A DNA stretch of 64,000 nt from a virus. Lineage: Duplodnaviria > Caudoviricetes. The stretch lies in the IMG/VR virus record IMGVR_UViG_3300023108_000002. The stretch is one strand, 5' to 3'. This document shows positions 48,872-56,934 of the stretch, one piece after another. Each line of letters begins with the position of its first letter. Position 1 is the stretch's first letter. Below the pieces are notes generated by a model. It did no database searches. It saw nothing but the letters and a program-made list of their open reading frames with translations, and had not been told where the DNA came from. Both the position numbers and the translations under genes were made by a program.

Positions 48872-49039
48872 ATGGCTACTGAGCTTACTGATAAATTGAC
48901 GGTAATCCTAGACGAACTAAAAGAAGTTATGGAACAACGTCAACTGAGAATTGAAGAATTGAGAAAAGAGATAGACGAAATAGAACAGCAAAATGCTGAA
49001 CTAGAAAAACAAGTCTCATCTCTTTTGAATTCATTTTGA
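48872..49039 (+). CDS. Small coiled-coil protein (55 aa)
   Basis: Below the ORF-track cutoff. AAGGAG RBS; MATELTDKLTVILDELKEVMEQRQLRIEELRK... Confidence 0.75.
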   Translation: MATELTDKLTVILDELKEVMEQRQLRIEELRKEIDEIEQQNAELEKQVSSLLNSF

Positions 49040-49051
49040 ATGGAATAAAAA

Positions 49052-49273
49052 ATGACTGAACAGCAAGAAAGATATCATGAGTATATGTTAAGGCGAATGA
49101 GAGAAGAAGATGAAAAGGATCGGTTTACTCTAACTGTCGAGCAGGACGGAGAAGAGCTAGTGTTGCCCTTTCCAGTTGATTTACTAAATCAAATGGGGTG
49201 GGATATAGGCGATACATTGTTATGGGAGACTACAGATGATGGATATGTTAGCGTTCGTAAAAAAGAAGATTAG
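49052..49273 (+). CDS. AbrB/MazE-like DNA-binding protein
   Basis: ELVLPFPVDLLNQMGWDIGDTLLW swapped-hairpin motif. Confidence 0.75.
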   Translation: MTEQQERYHEYMLRRMREEDEKDRFTLTVEQDGEELVLPFPVDLLNQMGWDIGDTLLWETTDDGYVSVRKKED

Positions 49274-49751
49274 AAGTATTGCAGTTCTTTCTTTATTTGC
49301 ACTTACTACAAGCAGTGCATTGGCATCAGGTCCATACACCGTAGAAGATGAAAAGTCAATAGAGTGTTTGGCATTAAACATTTACTTTGAGACACATGCC
49401 TCATCTCTCGCGGATGCAATGGCTGTTTCAGATGTTGTTTTAAATCGAGCTCATCATTCTAAGTATCCAGATACAATATGTGGTGTTGTACATGATGGAT
49501 ATGAAGTAGGAAAACGAACTTGCCAGTTTAGTTGGTATTGTGATGGTAAATCAGATACCCCTTCTAATTCTGATATTTGGGAGAAATCTAGAAAATATGC
49601 TAGAGACTTTTATATTCATGGAGAATATGTTGGAATAACCGAAGGAGCAACACATTATCATGCAACATATGTAAAACCCTATTGGGCCCCTTCGTTGGAT
49701 CGAATAACTCGAATCGGTTCTCATATTTTTTACAGAATCAAAGGTAAATAA
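49236..49751 (+). CDS. SleB/Hydrolase_2 cell wall hydrolase
   Basis: Signal peptide, CLALNIYFE, VVLNR, YPDTICGVV, CQFSWYCDGK, GATHYHATYVKPYWA, RIGSHIFY. Confidence 0.92.
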   Translation: MMDMLAFVKKKIRSIAVLSLFALTTSSALASGPYTVEDEKSIECLALNIYFETHASSLADAMAVSDVVLNRAHHSKYPDTICGVVHDGYEVGKRTCQFSWYCDGKSDTPSNSDIWEKSRKYARDFYIHGEYVGITEGATHYHATYVKPYWAPSLDRITRIGSHIFYRIKGK

Positions 49752-49774
49752 ATATGATTGGAGAGGAAAAAAAC

Positions 49775-50032
49775 ATGGACCTAAAATTACATGACGTTCC
49801 AACAAAATATCATCATATTTTGAACGAACTCTGGAGCTGTAATTCTGATATGGATGTTGCAATATATCTTTATCAATGCCATCCTCAAAAAAGAAAAATT
49901 GCAGAATCACTAATAGAACTTATTAAGTTAGAAATTATTGACAGCAATTTTGAATCTCTTTCTAAAAAATACATACCAGAAGATTTCAACGATAAACTAA
50001 TGGATATTATTAAAAATGGCCCTTCAAGTTAG
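49775..50032 (+). CDS. Hypothetical protein
   Basis: GGAGAGG RBS; part of a gene run. Confidence 0.7.
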   Translation: MDLKLHDVPTKYHHILNELWSCNSDMDVAIYLYQCHPQKRKIAESLIELIKLEIIDSNFESLSKKYIPEDFNDKLMDIIKNGPSS

Positions 50033-50291
50033 AACAGTATCAGAACCAACATATGAAGAAGATGGTGTCAATTATGGCACACCAACCAATATGATTGAAA
50101 GAATTAAATATTTAGAAGATGAAGTAGCAAGGTTAGAGTCAGAGTTATCTCTTCTCAGTACTGGTTACAATCAATCTTGGCAAGAATATGAAACAAGAAC
50201 TAATGATATATATTCAAATAAATATCTCAGACAAAGAGGATTTGATGAATATGGATATTATGGAGAAAATAATGGCCCAGTTGGGGATTGA
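50016..50291 (+). CDS. Hypothetical protein
   Basis: Overlapping gene run; short coiled coil. Confidence 0.7.
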   Translation: MALQVRTVSEPTYEEDGVNYGTPTNMIERIKYLEDEVARLESELSLLSTGYNQSWQEYETRTNDIYSNKYLRQRGFDEYGYYGENNGPVGD

Positions 50292-50305
50292 TTAGGAGAA
50301 GAAAT

Positions 50306-50524
50306 ATGGAAGATGGCCCACTAAAATATGCAGTAGAATGCCAGAAGTTTGATAAGGTTGTGTCTGAGGTATTCGAAAGAACTTATATATCGCAAGGACG
50401 CATGTATTCAACTAAGGTAAAAAGGTCATATTTTCCAAATGGAGATTATCAAGACACTTCAAATACAGAATTTGTAACAAAAGTAAGTGACTATGCTATG
50501 AAAGAGTGGCATGGGGAAAAATAA
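50306..50524 (+). CDS. Hypothetical protein
   Basis: AGGAG RBS. Start moved to MEDGP. Confidence 0.7.
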   Translation: MEDGPLKYAVECQKFDKVVSEVFERTYISQGRMYSTKVKRSYFPNGDYQDTSNTEFVTKVSDYAMKEWHGEK

Positions 50525-50760
50525 TGGACGAAATGGATGAATTTATAGACGAGCTGGAGTCAAAAGTTCGTTCTATTAGACAATCTATTAGAAAGTTTTA
50601 TTTAGACTTCCCTCAATACTCTCCAGAATTTCGAGGAAAAAGTAAAGAAGAAATAATGCATACTCAAAAAGTAAGAGACATGCAAAAACGGATGATGGAA
50701 CCCAAACAAATGTCGGATGCAGAGAAAATTCGGCGAGCCATCGCAAGACATAGTGAATAA
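50524..50760 (+). CDS. Hypothetical protein
   Basis: TAATG coupling. Confidence 0.7.
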   Translation: MDEMDEFIDELESKVRSIRQSIRKFYLDFPQYSPEFRGKSKEEIMHTQKVRDMQKRMMEPKQMSDAEKIRRAIARHSE

Positions 50761-50769
50761 GGTGATATT

Positions 50770-51333
50770 ATGGGTAAAAGAAGTAAATTTGAACACAGAA
50801 AAAATGACTTTTACCCAACTCCAATAGAAGCAGTCCAGCCTCTAGTGGAATTCCTTCCAAAACACATATTTAAGTTTTACGAGCCTTGTGCTGGTGATGG
50901 TAGACTTGTAAACCATCTACACAAATTGTCGCCAGGAATATCTATGGGCCACACAGATATAGACCCACAATGTGATTGGGTAGGAAAGAAAGATGCCTTT
51001 GAAGTAAAATTTCCACTCAATATAGACTATATCATCACAAATCCACCTTGGTCTCGGTGGTTGTTACATCCATTAATACTGCACTTTTCTAAACAAGCAC
51101 CCACTTGGCTACTGTTTGATGCTGACTGGATTCACACAAAACAGGCAGTCCAATATCTACCTCTTTGTAAAAAAGTGGTATCTATTGGGCGTGTTAAGTG
51201 GATAGAGGACAGTAAGCACACTGGTAAAGATAATAGTTGCTGGTATTTATTTGATTATAATGATACTACTAGTGAAACTACATTTCATCCAAACCCAAAA
51301 TGGACACAAGAATGCTTACAAATCCCGATTTAG
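50770..51333 (+). CDS. Orphan DNA methyltransferase (N6-adenine/N4-cytosine type)
   Basis: DFYPTP, SAM-binding YEPCAGDG, catalytic IITNPPW. No adjacent restriction gene. Confidence 0.85.
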   Translation: MGKRSKFEHRKNDFYPTPIEAVQPLVEFLPKHIFKFYEPCAGDGRLVNHLHKLSPGISMGHTDIDPQCDWVGKKDAFEVKFPLNIDYIITNPPWSRWLLHPLILHFSKQAPTWLLFDADWIHTKQAVQYLPLCKKVVSIGRVKWIEDSKHTGKDNSCWYLFDYNDTTSETTFHPNPKWTQECLQIPI

Positions 51334-51833
51334 AAGAATTGATAGAATTACTATCAAAGCTTACAACAAATACAAAAATATACCTTGGATGTGACTCGAT
51401 TAGATTTTTAGATAAAAGAGGTAAAAAAATGGGCAGATATGCCACCGTTCTTATTGTTCATATGGACGGAAAGCATGGATGTAGGATTTTTTCAAATATA
51501 TCTTACGAACCAGACTATGATGTAAAGAAATCCAGACCGAAAATCAGATTGTTGAATGAAGTGCGAAAGGTGTGCGAGCTATATCAACAAGTTATACCTT
51601 ATATAGATGAATTTGATATTGAAGTACATCTGGATATTAACACAGACCCAAAACATGGTAGTAATTGTGTTGCAAATGAAGCAGCAGGCTATGTTTTAGG
51701 TATGACAGGAATTGAACCAAAACTAAAACCAGAAAGTTGGGCTGCAAGTTTTGGAGCAGATGGGGTTGCTCACGGTAGACATAAGAGAGAGGCCCAAAAA
51801 CAACCAACATGGGCATATGAGGCAATCCTATGA
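51300..51833 (+). CDS. YkuK-family RNase H-like protein
   Basis: IYLGCDS, YATVLIVH, RLLNEV, EVHLDIN, KLKPESWAAS..AD. Confidence 0.8.
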   Translation: MDTRMLTNPDLEELIELLSKLTTNTKIYLGCDSIRFLDKRGKKMGRYATVLIVHMDGKHGCRIFSNISYEPDYDVKKSRPKIRLLNEVRKVCELYQQVIPYIDEFDIEVHLDINTDPKHGSNCVANEAAGYVLGMTGIEPKLKPESWAASFGADGVAHGRHKREAQKQPTWAYEAIL

Positions 51834-52132
51834 TAAGATATCTTGGCAGAGTTACAATAGCATTTTCTATTTTTCTAAACAGTCTCTTTGGCGGTAGAAA
51901 TAATCAAACTCTATCAGCACAACAATATGAGAGACAAAGACAGGGAAAATGGAATTTATGTTGGATCATTGATAAATTATTTGCGTTTGAAGGCGACGGC
52001 CATTGTCTAGAAGCATGGATAAAATGGCAAATCATACACAGAGCAATGGATGATTATAAAAACATTGCAGAAAAGTACTATAGAAGAGAAGTCGGATATG
52101 AAAAACAAGAATCATTTAAGCGGATGTTGTGA
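51830..52132 (+). CDS. Hypothetical protein
   Basis: ATGA coupling; NSLFGGRNNQTLSA...GHCLEAW. Confidence 0.7.
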   Translation: MIRYLGRVTIAFSIFLNSLFGGRNNQTLSAQQYERQRQGKWNLCWIIDKLFAFEGDGHCLEAWIKWQIIHRAMDDYKNIAEKYYRREVGYEKQESFKRML

Positions 52133-52271
52133 TGATGTTGATATAATACAAACGGAAGGGGCAGTTTATACTCCCAATGGATGGAGAGTCAGATATATCT
52201 TGACAATTTGCGATAATTGTGGTAGTATAAAGGCAAGATCTAATTTTTATGATGCAGAGGAGCGAATATGA
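52098..52271 (+). CDS. Small Cys-rich (zinc-ribbon-like) protein
   Basis: GCCD...ICDNCGS. Start moved to MKNKN. Confidence 0.55.
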   Translation: MKNKNHLSGCCDDVDIIQTEGAVYTPNGWRVRYILTICDNCGSIKARSNFYDAEERI

Positions 52272-52627
52272 GTATGCATTTAGTTGGGCCATATATGACC
52301 ACAACAAATACCAAGAAAAGAAAATCTAAAAAGAAGTCAAAATCACTTCTACAAGCAGAAGCTGATCACGAAAAGTTCTTAAAACGCATGGGCGTGGGTA
52401 AAAGTAAGACAGAATATCGTGCTGACCTGCCGAGCTACAAGTGTATAAACACAAACATTGTTCCAACTTCTGATGTCATTTGTAGTAATGGATCAAGGAA
52501 AGAGAGAAACATATATAGTGGTGAACGTCAATTGATAGGAGTTGCCACAATGCACAAGTCAAATATGGTGCCTATTTTTGCAGACAAGAAAGAAGATGCT
52601 AAAGAAATTGCAAAAATGAGGCGATAA
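52268..52627 (+). CDS. Conserved T4-like phage hypothetical protein
   Basis: C-terminal IGVATMHKSNMVPIF motif that I recognise from T4-like phages. Confidence 0.75.
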   Translation: MSMHLVGPYMTTTNTKKRKSKKKSKSLLQAEADHEKFLKRMGVGKSKTEYRADLPSYKCINTNIVPTSDVICSNGSRKERNIYSGERQLIGVATMHKSNMVPIFADKKEDAKEIAKMRR

Positions 52628-52824
52628 TGAAAGACCCACTAGAGTTTCGTAAAAAATATCAGGGTATTATAGAAAACTTGACGAATAATGCAGATCAATG
52701 TGCATATCAGTGGGCTCTCAGTGGTGAAAATGAATGGTTGGCAGGATATTATATGTACGTGAAAAAGATTGAAGTCCTAAAGACATGGATAAAAGAACGC
52801 GAGAAAGAAGAAAATGACAAATGA
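52627..52824 (+). CDS. Hypothetical protein
   Basis: TAATG coupling. Confidence 0.7.
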   Translation: MKDPLEFRKKYQGIIENLTNNADQCAYQWALSGENEWLAGYYMYVKKIEVLKTWIKEREKEENDK

Positions 52825-53065
52825 GACAAAGCTCATACTCATCACAGATTTTATCGAACAAAAATTGAGAAAAGAAAAAGAATTAGAATATTATTTGAAA
52901 GAATTGGAAGAACTTCAGCGTAAAATTGGATATTTGCGCCAAGAAGTAAATCTTACCAACACAATTATCAACATGATAAAGACAGATACGATATATGATA
53001 TCAAAGAAAAGATGCTCACTGAAGAAAAGGTGATACAATTACCAGAGGAAGATATAGATGCCTGA
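52814..53065 (+). CDS. Coiled-coil hypothetical protein
   Basis: Overlapping gene run; heptad pattern. Confidence 0.7.
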   Translation: MTNETKLILITDFIEQKLRKEKELEYYLKELEELQRKIGYLRQEVNLTNTIINMIKTDTIYDIKEKMLTEEKVIQLPEEDIDA

Positions 53066-53156
53066 TTGGATGCTCATTGGATTGCTTGTTTTGGCTGTTT
53101 GTGTCATAATTCTTATCACGGAATTGATAGAATCATGGTGGACAGGAAGAAAATAA
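53058..53156 (+). CDS. 32-aa single-TM peptide
   Basis: MPDWMLIGLLVLAVCVIILITELIESWWTGRK; overlaps the upstream stop. Confidence 0.5.
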   Translation: MPDWMLIGLLVLAVCVIILITELIESWWTGRK

Positions 53157-53157
53157 A

Positions 53158-53283
53158 ATGACAGATGATGAAATTCGTGAAATGATAGAAATGTTTCCAA
53201 ATCTACCTAACCCCACTCACTATCCACAGACATTTCTCTACTATGTGAACCTGTATCGTTTTCTAAAATCTTTCGGGAACTAA
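53158..53283 (+). CDS. 41-aa hypothetical protein
   Basis: MTDDEIREMIEMFPNLPNPTHYPQTFLYYV...; abuts the upstream ORF. Confidence 0.6.
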   Translation: MTDDEIREMIEMFPNLPNPTHYPQTFLYYVNLYRFLKSFGN

Positions 53284-53538
53284 TTTTGCAACAAATTGCT
53301 CATAGCCACCGACATATTCCCACTCTCCATTTACTTCTGCCCAGATTTGAGGCACAGTCTTAGGACGAGCTCCTGTTGAAAACTCTTTTTCATAATCATT
53401 GACAAGCATTGCTTTCACTCTGGTGGATTGAATATCATATTCATCAATCTCAATACCACGATCTTTACAGAGTGCTGCCGTTGCTTTACAGTATCCACAA
53501 TTCTCTTTTGTGTACATTCTAATTCGTGCTACATTCAT
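53263..53538 (-). CDS. Glutaredoxin (NrdH/NrdC-like)
   Basis: MYTKENCGYC, TVPQIW, YVGGYEQF. Start chosen by the GGAG RBS. Confidence 0.88.
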   Translation of the reverse strand: MNVARIRMYTKENCGYCKATAALCKDRGIEIDEYDIQSTRVKAMLVNDYEKEFSTGARPKTVPQIWAEVNGEWEYVGGYEQFVAKLVPERF

Positions 53539-53757
53539 CTTACAAATCTCCATCATAATATATAGGGTATGTCACAAGAGAAAAAAATAAGCATTGTCGA
53601 TAAAGTTCTGCTAGTCATCATTGTTGTTGTATGGCTAGATCAAGAATTTTTCAAATTCACAGAACCCTCTCATAAGAAATTTCTTTCATTCTTTGAGCCA
53701 ACAACTTCTGTTGTTCACGCTTTTCTTCGATTAGGTGAAAAACCGCTAAAATAGTTC

Positions 53758-53786
53758 TTGACACGAAAGAACGAATCATCTATACT
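53758..53786 (+). promoter_or_regulatory. Sigma70-type early promoter
   Basis: TTGACA-17nt-TATACT, with CGAATCA in the spacer. Confidence 0.85.
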
Positions 53787-53815
53787 GATAATGTAGAAAG
53801 AAAAAGGAAATTCTT

Positions 53816-54022
53816 ATGAACCTACCTCTTGAAATTGGCCAGTCATTCATTCGTCGCTATTCAGACTATGTTGCAACAGGAGAGATCACTTCGATTTCCA
53901 CTGATGCCGATGACGAAACTCTGATCACTGTGATGTTTGACGATGGTGCGGTAAAAGTCTACACCGAAAACTGCATAGAGCAAAACTTGGGCCGCCGCAT
54001 GATAGTTTTAGATGATGCATAA
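53816..54022 (+). CDS. Hypothetical protein (SH3-like beta pattern)
   Basis: AAGGA RBS after the promoter. Confidence 0.75.
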   Translation: MNLPLEIGQSFIRRYSDYVATGEITSISTDADDETLITVMFDDGAVKVYTENCIEQNLGRRMIVLDDA

Positions 54023-54197
54023 TTTCTCGCTTCTAGATTGTATGATGATACTCATATTTTCTCACTTGCTTTATTTTAGTGTTCTACTTCTATTTCTCAC
54101 AGGAAGTCCAGGCGCAACAATTCTCGGCTGGTTCTTTTGGGAGATATGGAAAGGTTATGAAAAATGGAGATTGACAAATGACAACTATTTTACATAA
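54012..54197 (+). CDS. Small membrane protein
   Basis: Hydrophobic ORF overlapping both neighbours. Confidence 0.55.
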   Translation: MMHNFSLLDCMMILIFSHLLYFSVLLLFLTGSPGATILGWFFWEIWKGYEKWRLTNDNYFT

Positions 54198-54438
54198 GTC
54201 TGGCCCACAACCTTGGGAAGCCAACAAACAAACTTCATCTTCCAACAAGCCTCCATACGCAATCATGATCGAGTTCGATAATGACGAATGGATGTATGTC
54301 TGTGAAGGATCACAATGGCAAGAATCAAAGGACAATCCAGTACTCTATGATACATATGAAGAAGCTCTAGAAGCATCTAAAGTCTGGAATAATCCTCGCA
54401 TAGTTTCTTATCATATTTCCGCTGCTGACCGCGGCTAG
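54178..54438 (+). CDS. Hypothetical protein
   Basis: GGAG RBS; YAIMIEFD..EWMYV. Confidence 0.7.
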   Translation: MTTILHKSGPQPWEANKQTSSSNKPPYAIMIEFDNDEWMYVCEGSQWQESKDNPVLYDTYEEALEASKVWNNPRIVSYHISAADRG

Positions 54439-54544
54439 ACCGGAGCCCATTTTCTCTCTTTCTAAGGAGTTTCAAATGATACGAGAAAGGGTTTCACAAT
54501 GAGGAAGAATTTTGCCTTTTTTGGAGTAAATTATATATAACTGT

Positions 54545-54745
54545 ATGACAGGATTTATGAAGAAAAGAAAAGGTAAATATATTGCATATGACGCCAATGG
54601 AAAGGTGCTCATAATCTCACGATCTTTGACTGTATGTAAGGAAGTCTTAGCGAGTATAATGAATAATGAAAGAGAACATTTGAATGAATCAGAAAAAGAA
54701 AAATATTATGCAAGGATACGACAAGAAGAAACATCCGATACTTGA
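54545..54745 (+). CDS. Hypothetical protein
   Basis: 66-aa ORF, KYIAYDANGKVLIISR. Confidence 0.55.
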   Translation: MTGFMKKRKGKYIAYDANGKVLIISRSLTVCKEVLASIMNNEREHLNESEKEKYYARIRQEETSDT

Positions 54746-55007
54746 GCTTGAACAGAACATCTTAGACTGTTGGAAAGTCTGTGATGATATTGACTTGGTC
54801 TGGAAGGAAATGTATGATGGAAATCCAGAACCAACTGAAGATCAGATTGCCAATGCTATGATAGGATTGAATCAGATCTATGAGTGGAAATTTCAGAGAC
54901 TTTGGAATAATTTCGAAGAAGTCTTGAAGAAGAATTCCGAGCCGCCGGATACCCATGAGAATGATGGCGAGAATTGGGAAAAATGGAGATTGAATGATGG
55001 AGATTGA
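54708..55007 (+). CDS. Hypothetical protein
   Basis: LELEQNILDCWKVCDDI...IANAMIGL..IYEWKF pattern. Confidence 0.7.
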   Translation: MQGYDKKKHPILELEQNILDCWKVCDDIDLVWKEMYDGNPEPTEDQIANAMIGLNQIYEWKFQRLWNNFEEVLKKNSEPPDTHENDGENWEKWRLNDGD

Positions 55008-55198
55008 TGGGAAAAGATGGGGAAAATTGGGATTCTTAGGGATATGATTTTCAGGAATCCGCTGCAGATTCTAGCTTTTGGGGGTTTAGCGAATATTTGA
55101 GACTGTTGAGTAAATCCCCCAGCCTTTTTTCTGAGCCGCCTGAGAGATGCCGCTGAGAATTTCTGCCAAAATATTTTAAAAAAAATGCCGAATTGCCC

Positions 55199-55227
55199 TT
55201 GACATTTCATTGCGAATCACTTATATT
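55199..55227 (+). promoter_or_regulatory. Sigma70-type early promoter driving a non-coding transcript
   Basis: GCCCTTGACA-17nt-TATATT, with CGAATCA in the spacer. Confidence 0.85.
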
Positions 55228-55234
55228 AATATAT

Positions 55235-55456
55235 GTAAGAAGAAAAGATTTTAGACTCTTTTCCTCATATGTCCGTGCGGAGGGCAGGCCACCTGAAAGC
55301 ACGATCTCTGGTGAATATATTCGCCCGTGAAATATCGGTGACGTGAAACCCAGAGATGTTAGTTTCAATCAAACTAGAGCGGCAACGTCAATAAGTCCGT
55401 GCGGAGAGATTGGAGATACTAGCTGGGCGTATGAGGAAAAAAGTTTTTCTTCTTTT
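55235..55456 (+). ncRNA. Candidate ~220-nt structured non-coding RNA of unknown family
   Basis: Closing helices 55237-55246/55445-55454 and 55256-55274/55425-55443, internal hairpins, own promoter and terminator, no credible ORF. Confidence 0.75.
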
Positions 55457-55484
55457 CCCTGTCTCCTTTCTATATGGGTAACTT

Positions 55485-55517
55485 AGAGCAGTCCTTCTTT
55501 GGCTGCTCTTTTTTTTT
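55485..55517 (+). terminator. Rho-independent terminator
   Basis: AGAGCAGTC/GGCTGCTCT stem followed by a run of T. Confidence 0.85.
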
Positions 55518-55538
55518 GAAAAAAGTTTTAAAAAGCTC

Positions 55539-55567
55539 TTGACAGTGGCCGATTATAATGTTACTAT
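55539..55567 (+). promoter_or_regulatory. Sigma70-type early promoter
   Basis: TTGACA-17nt-TACTAT. Confidence 0.7.
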
Positions 55568-55600
55568 GGCTATGCTAGCCAATAATGATTAGGAGATTAA

Positions 55601-55873
55601 ATGAGTATCGAATCATTAGCAGAAATTGCTGAATTAAATGCCTTACATGGAGTCTCTCCAGAAGAAGCTAGATTGAAATTCTTTGAGAATTTAAATGCTT
55701 CAATCATCAGAGATTACTTTGAAAAAGATATGGCATGTCCCTGTGATGAATGCCCATTAAGAGACTCTTGTGCAGAGAGTTATGCAGAGTGTTCAGCATT
55801 TAGAAACTGGGCAGTAAAAGGACAATACGATGAGGCCACAATTGGAAAACATTTGAGAGTTCCTAAAGACTGA
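55601..55873 (+). CDS. Cys-cluster protein, possible Fe-S or Zn binding
   Basis: AGGAG RBS; CPCDECPLRDSCAESYAEC. Confidence 0.75.
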   Translation: MSIESLAEIAELNALHGVSPEEARLKFFENLNASIIRDYFEKDMACPCDECPLRDSCAESYAECSAFRNWAVKGQYDEATIGKHLRVPKD

Positions 55874-55894
55874 CCTTAGAAGAAAGTTTCTATC

Positions 55895-55926
55895 AAAAAA
55901 CCCTCTAGAGATTCTAGAGGGTTTTT
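55895..55926. terminator. Bidirectional-type intrinsic terminator
   Basis: A6-CCCTCTAG-loop-CTAGAGGG-T5. Confidence 0.85.
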
Positions 55927-56310
55927 GCGTATCTGGGGGTGACTTCAAGCTAAAAGCTTATGAGCAATTATTTATAATTCTGTGAATCTCATCTGCTAGA
56001 AATGAATAGAAAAGTTACAAAGAGTGCCCATATGAGCATCTTTTAGAGAGTTTCTGAGAGTTTCTGAAGTAGGGTCCCGGCAAAGCTTTCGTACAGCTTT
56101 AGCTCAGTTTAGCTTTCGTGACTTGAATTAGATACCCCCCTAAACCTCAGCGTGTATCTTTAAATTTGTGGGTTCCCATCTGGAATGAGGCGGAAGTGTA
56201 TAGCACCAGCCCCCCAGAATCTTTCAGTGTTTCTAAAAGTTTTTCCGAAAAAAATTTTTTTTGCTGGCTAAAAACCCAAAACCCTTTTTGGTAAGATCCT
56301 ACATATTCAC

Positions 56311-56652
56311 ATGGAAGTCAAAGAGGCATATCGTTTGTTCTGGCTCGTCAAGGGTCATTTGAATTCTCCACACGAAACCATCATGGCATCTGCGAATGGA
56401 TATTTCAAAAGAGTCTGGTATGATTTCGCGGGAGAGGATATGTCTATATGGGAAGTGGGGTTTGAAGAAGAATGGGAGAGAGTTATGTCTTTTCAAGCAC
56501 AAAAAGAAATCATCTATCATTTGACTTGTAAGGTCTGTAAGGGATATTTTACTTATGCTACTATGAATGAGCATTATGATATAGAAAGAGGCCACATGTA
56601 TTGTCCTACATGCGGCCATAGTGGTTCTGCTAAGTTAGAAGAAAGTGTTTAG
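56311..56652 (+). CDS. Two-part hypothetical protein with a C-terminal zinc ribbon
   Basis: CKVC...CPTC in the C-terminal half. Confidence 0.65.
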   Translation: MEVKEAYRLFWLVKGHLNSPHETIMASANGYFKRVWYDFAGEDMSIWEVGFEEEWERVMSFQAQKEIIYHLTCKVCKGYFTYATMNEHYDIERGHMYCPTCGHSGSAKLEESV

Positions 56653-56734
56653 TAGAGATACATAGAGATCAGTCCTATGATAAGGACGATTGAGAAAATT
56701 TCAGAAGAGACTTCTATCAAGAGGTCTTTTAGCA

Positions 56735-56905
56735 TCACTGTGTTCCTTCTAGTTGTTGTAGACACATTTCAAAATCGGCAATCATTCCTTCCGCGGCTTC
56801 TACAGCACGGGAATCTCCCATTGCGCGATACTCTAAGATATTTTGACGACAAGCATCAATGTATCCAAGGATTGAGTTACGAAAATTTTCAACTTCAGTA
56901 GACAT
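56735..56905 (-). CDS. Small early protein (56 aa)
   Basis: Missed by the ORF track. AAAGGTGATTCG RBS; MSTEVENFRNSILGYIDACRQNILEYRAMGDSRAVEAAEGMIADFEMCLQQLEGTQ. Confidence 0.8.
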   Translation of the reverse strand: MSTEVENFRNSILGYIDACRQNILEYRAMGDSRAVEAAEGMIADFEMCLQQLEGTQ

Positions 56906-56934
56906 TTCGAATCACCTTTCTTTGTCACTCTACT

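Noticed and set aside
49236-49751. Inactive SleB because of YFETHAS instead of YFEARGE
   Set aside because: The catalytic Glu is retained, so it is likely an ordinary variant.
53569-53754. 61-aa plus-strand ORF, and a 40-aa minus-strand alternative starting at 53779
   Set aside because: Neither has an RBS, and the minus one overlaps an early promoter. I could not decide which, if either, is real.
55235-55456. Assignment as FMN riboswitch, tmRNA, RNase P RNA, 6S RNA or group II intron
   Set aside because: Only short segments resemble these. There is no tRNA-like end or tag ORF, no GAGGAAAGUCC or CR-V, no intron domain V, the FMN core order is not preserved, and no gene follows before the terminator.
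55269-55481. Short ORFs inside the structured RNA (25 aa from 55269, 16 aa from 55431)
   Set aside because: No well-spaced RBS, and both start codons are buried in the closing helix.
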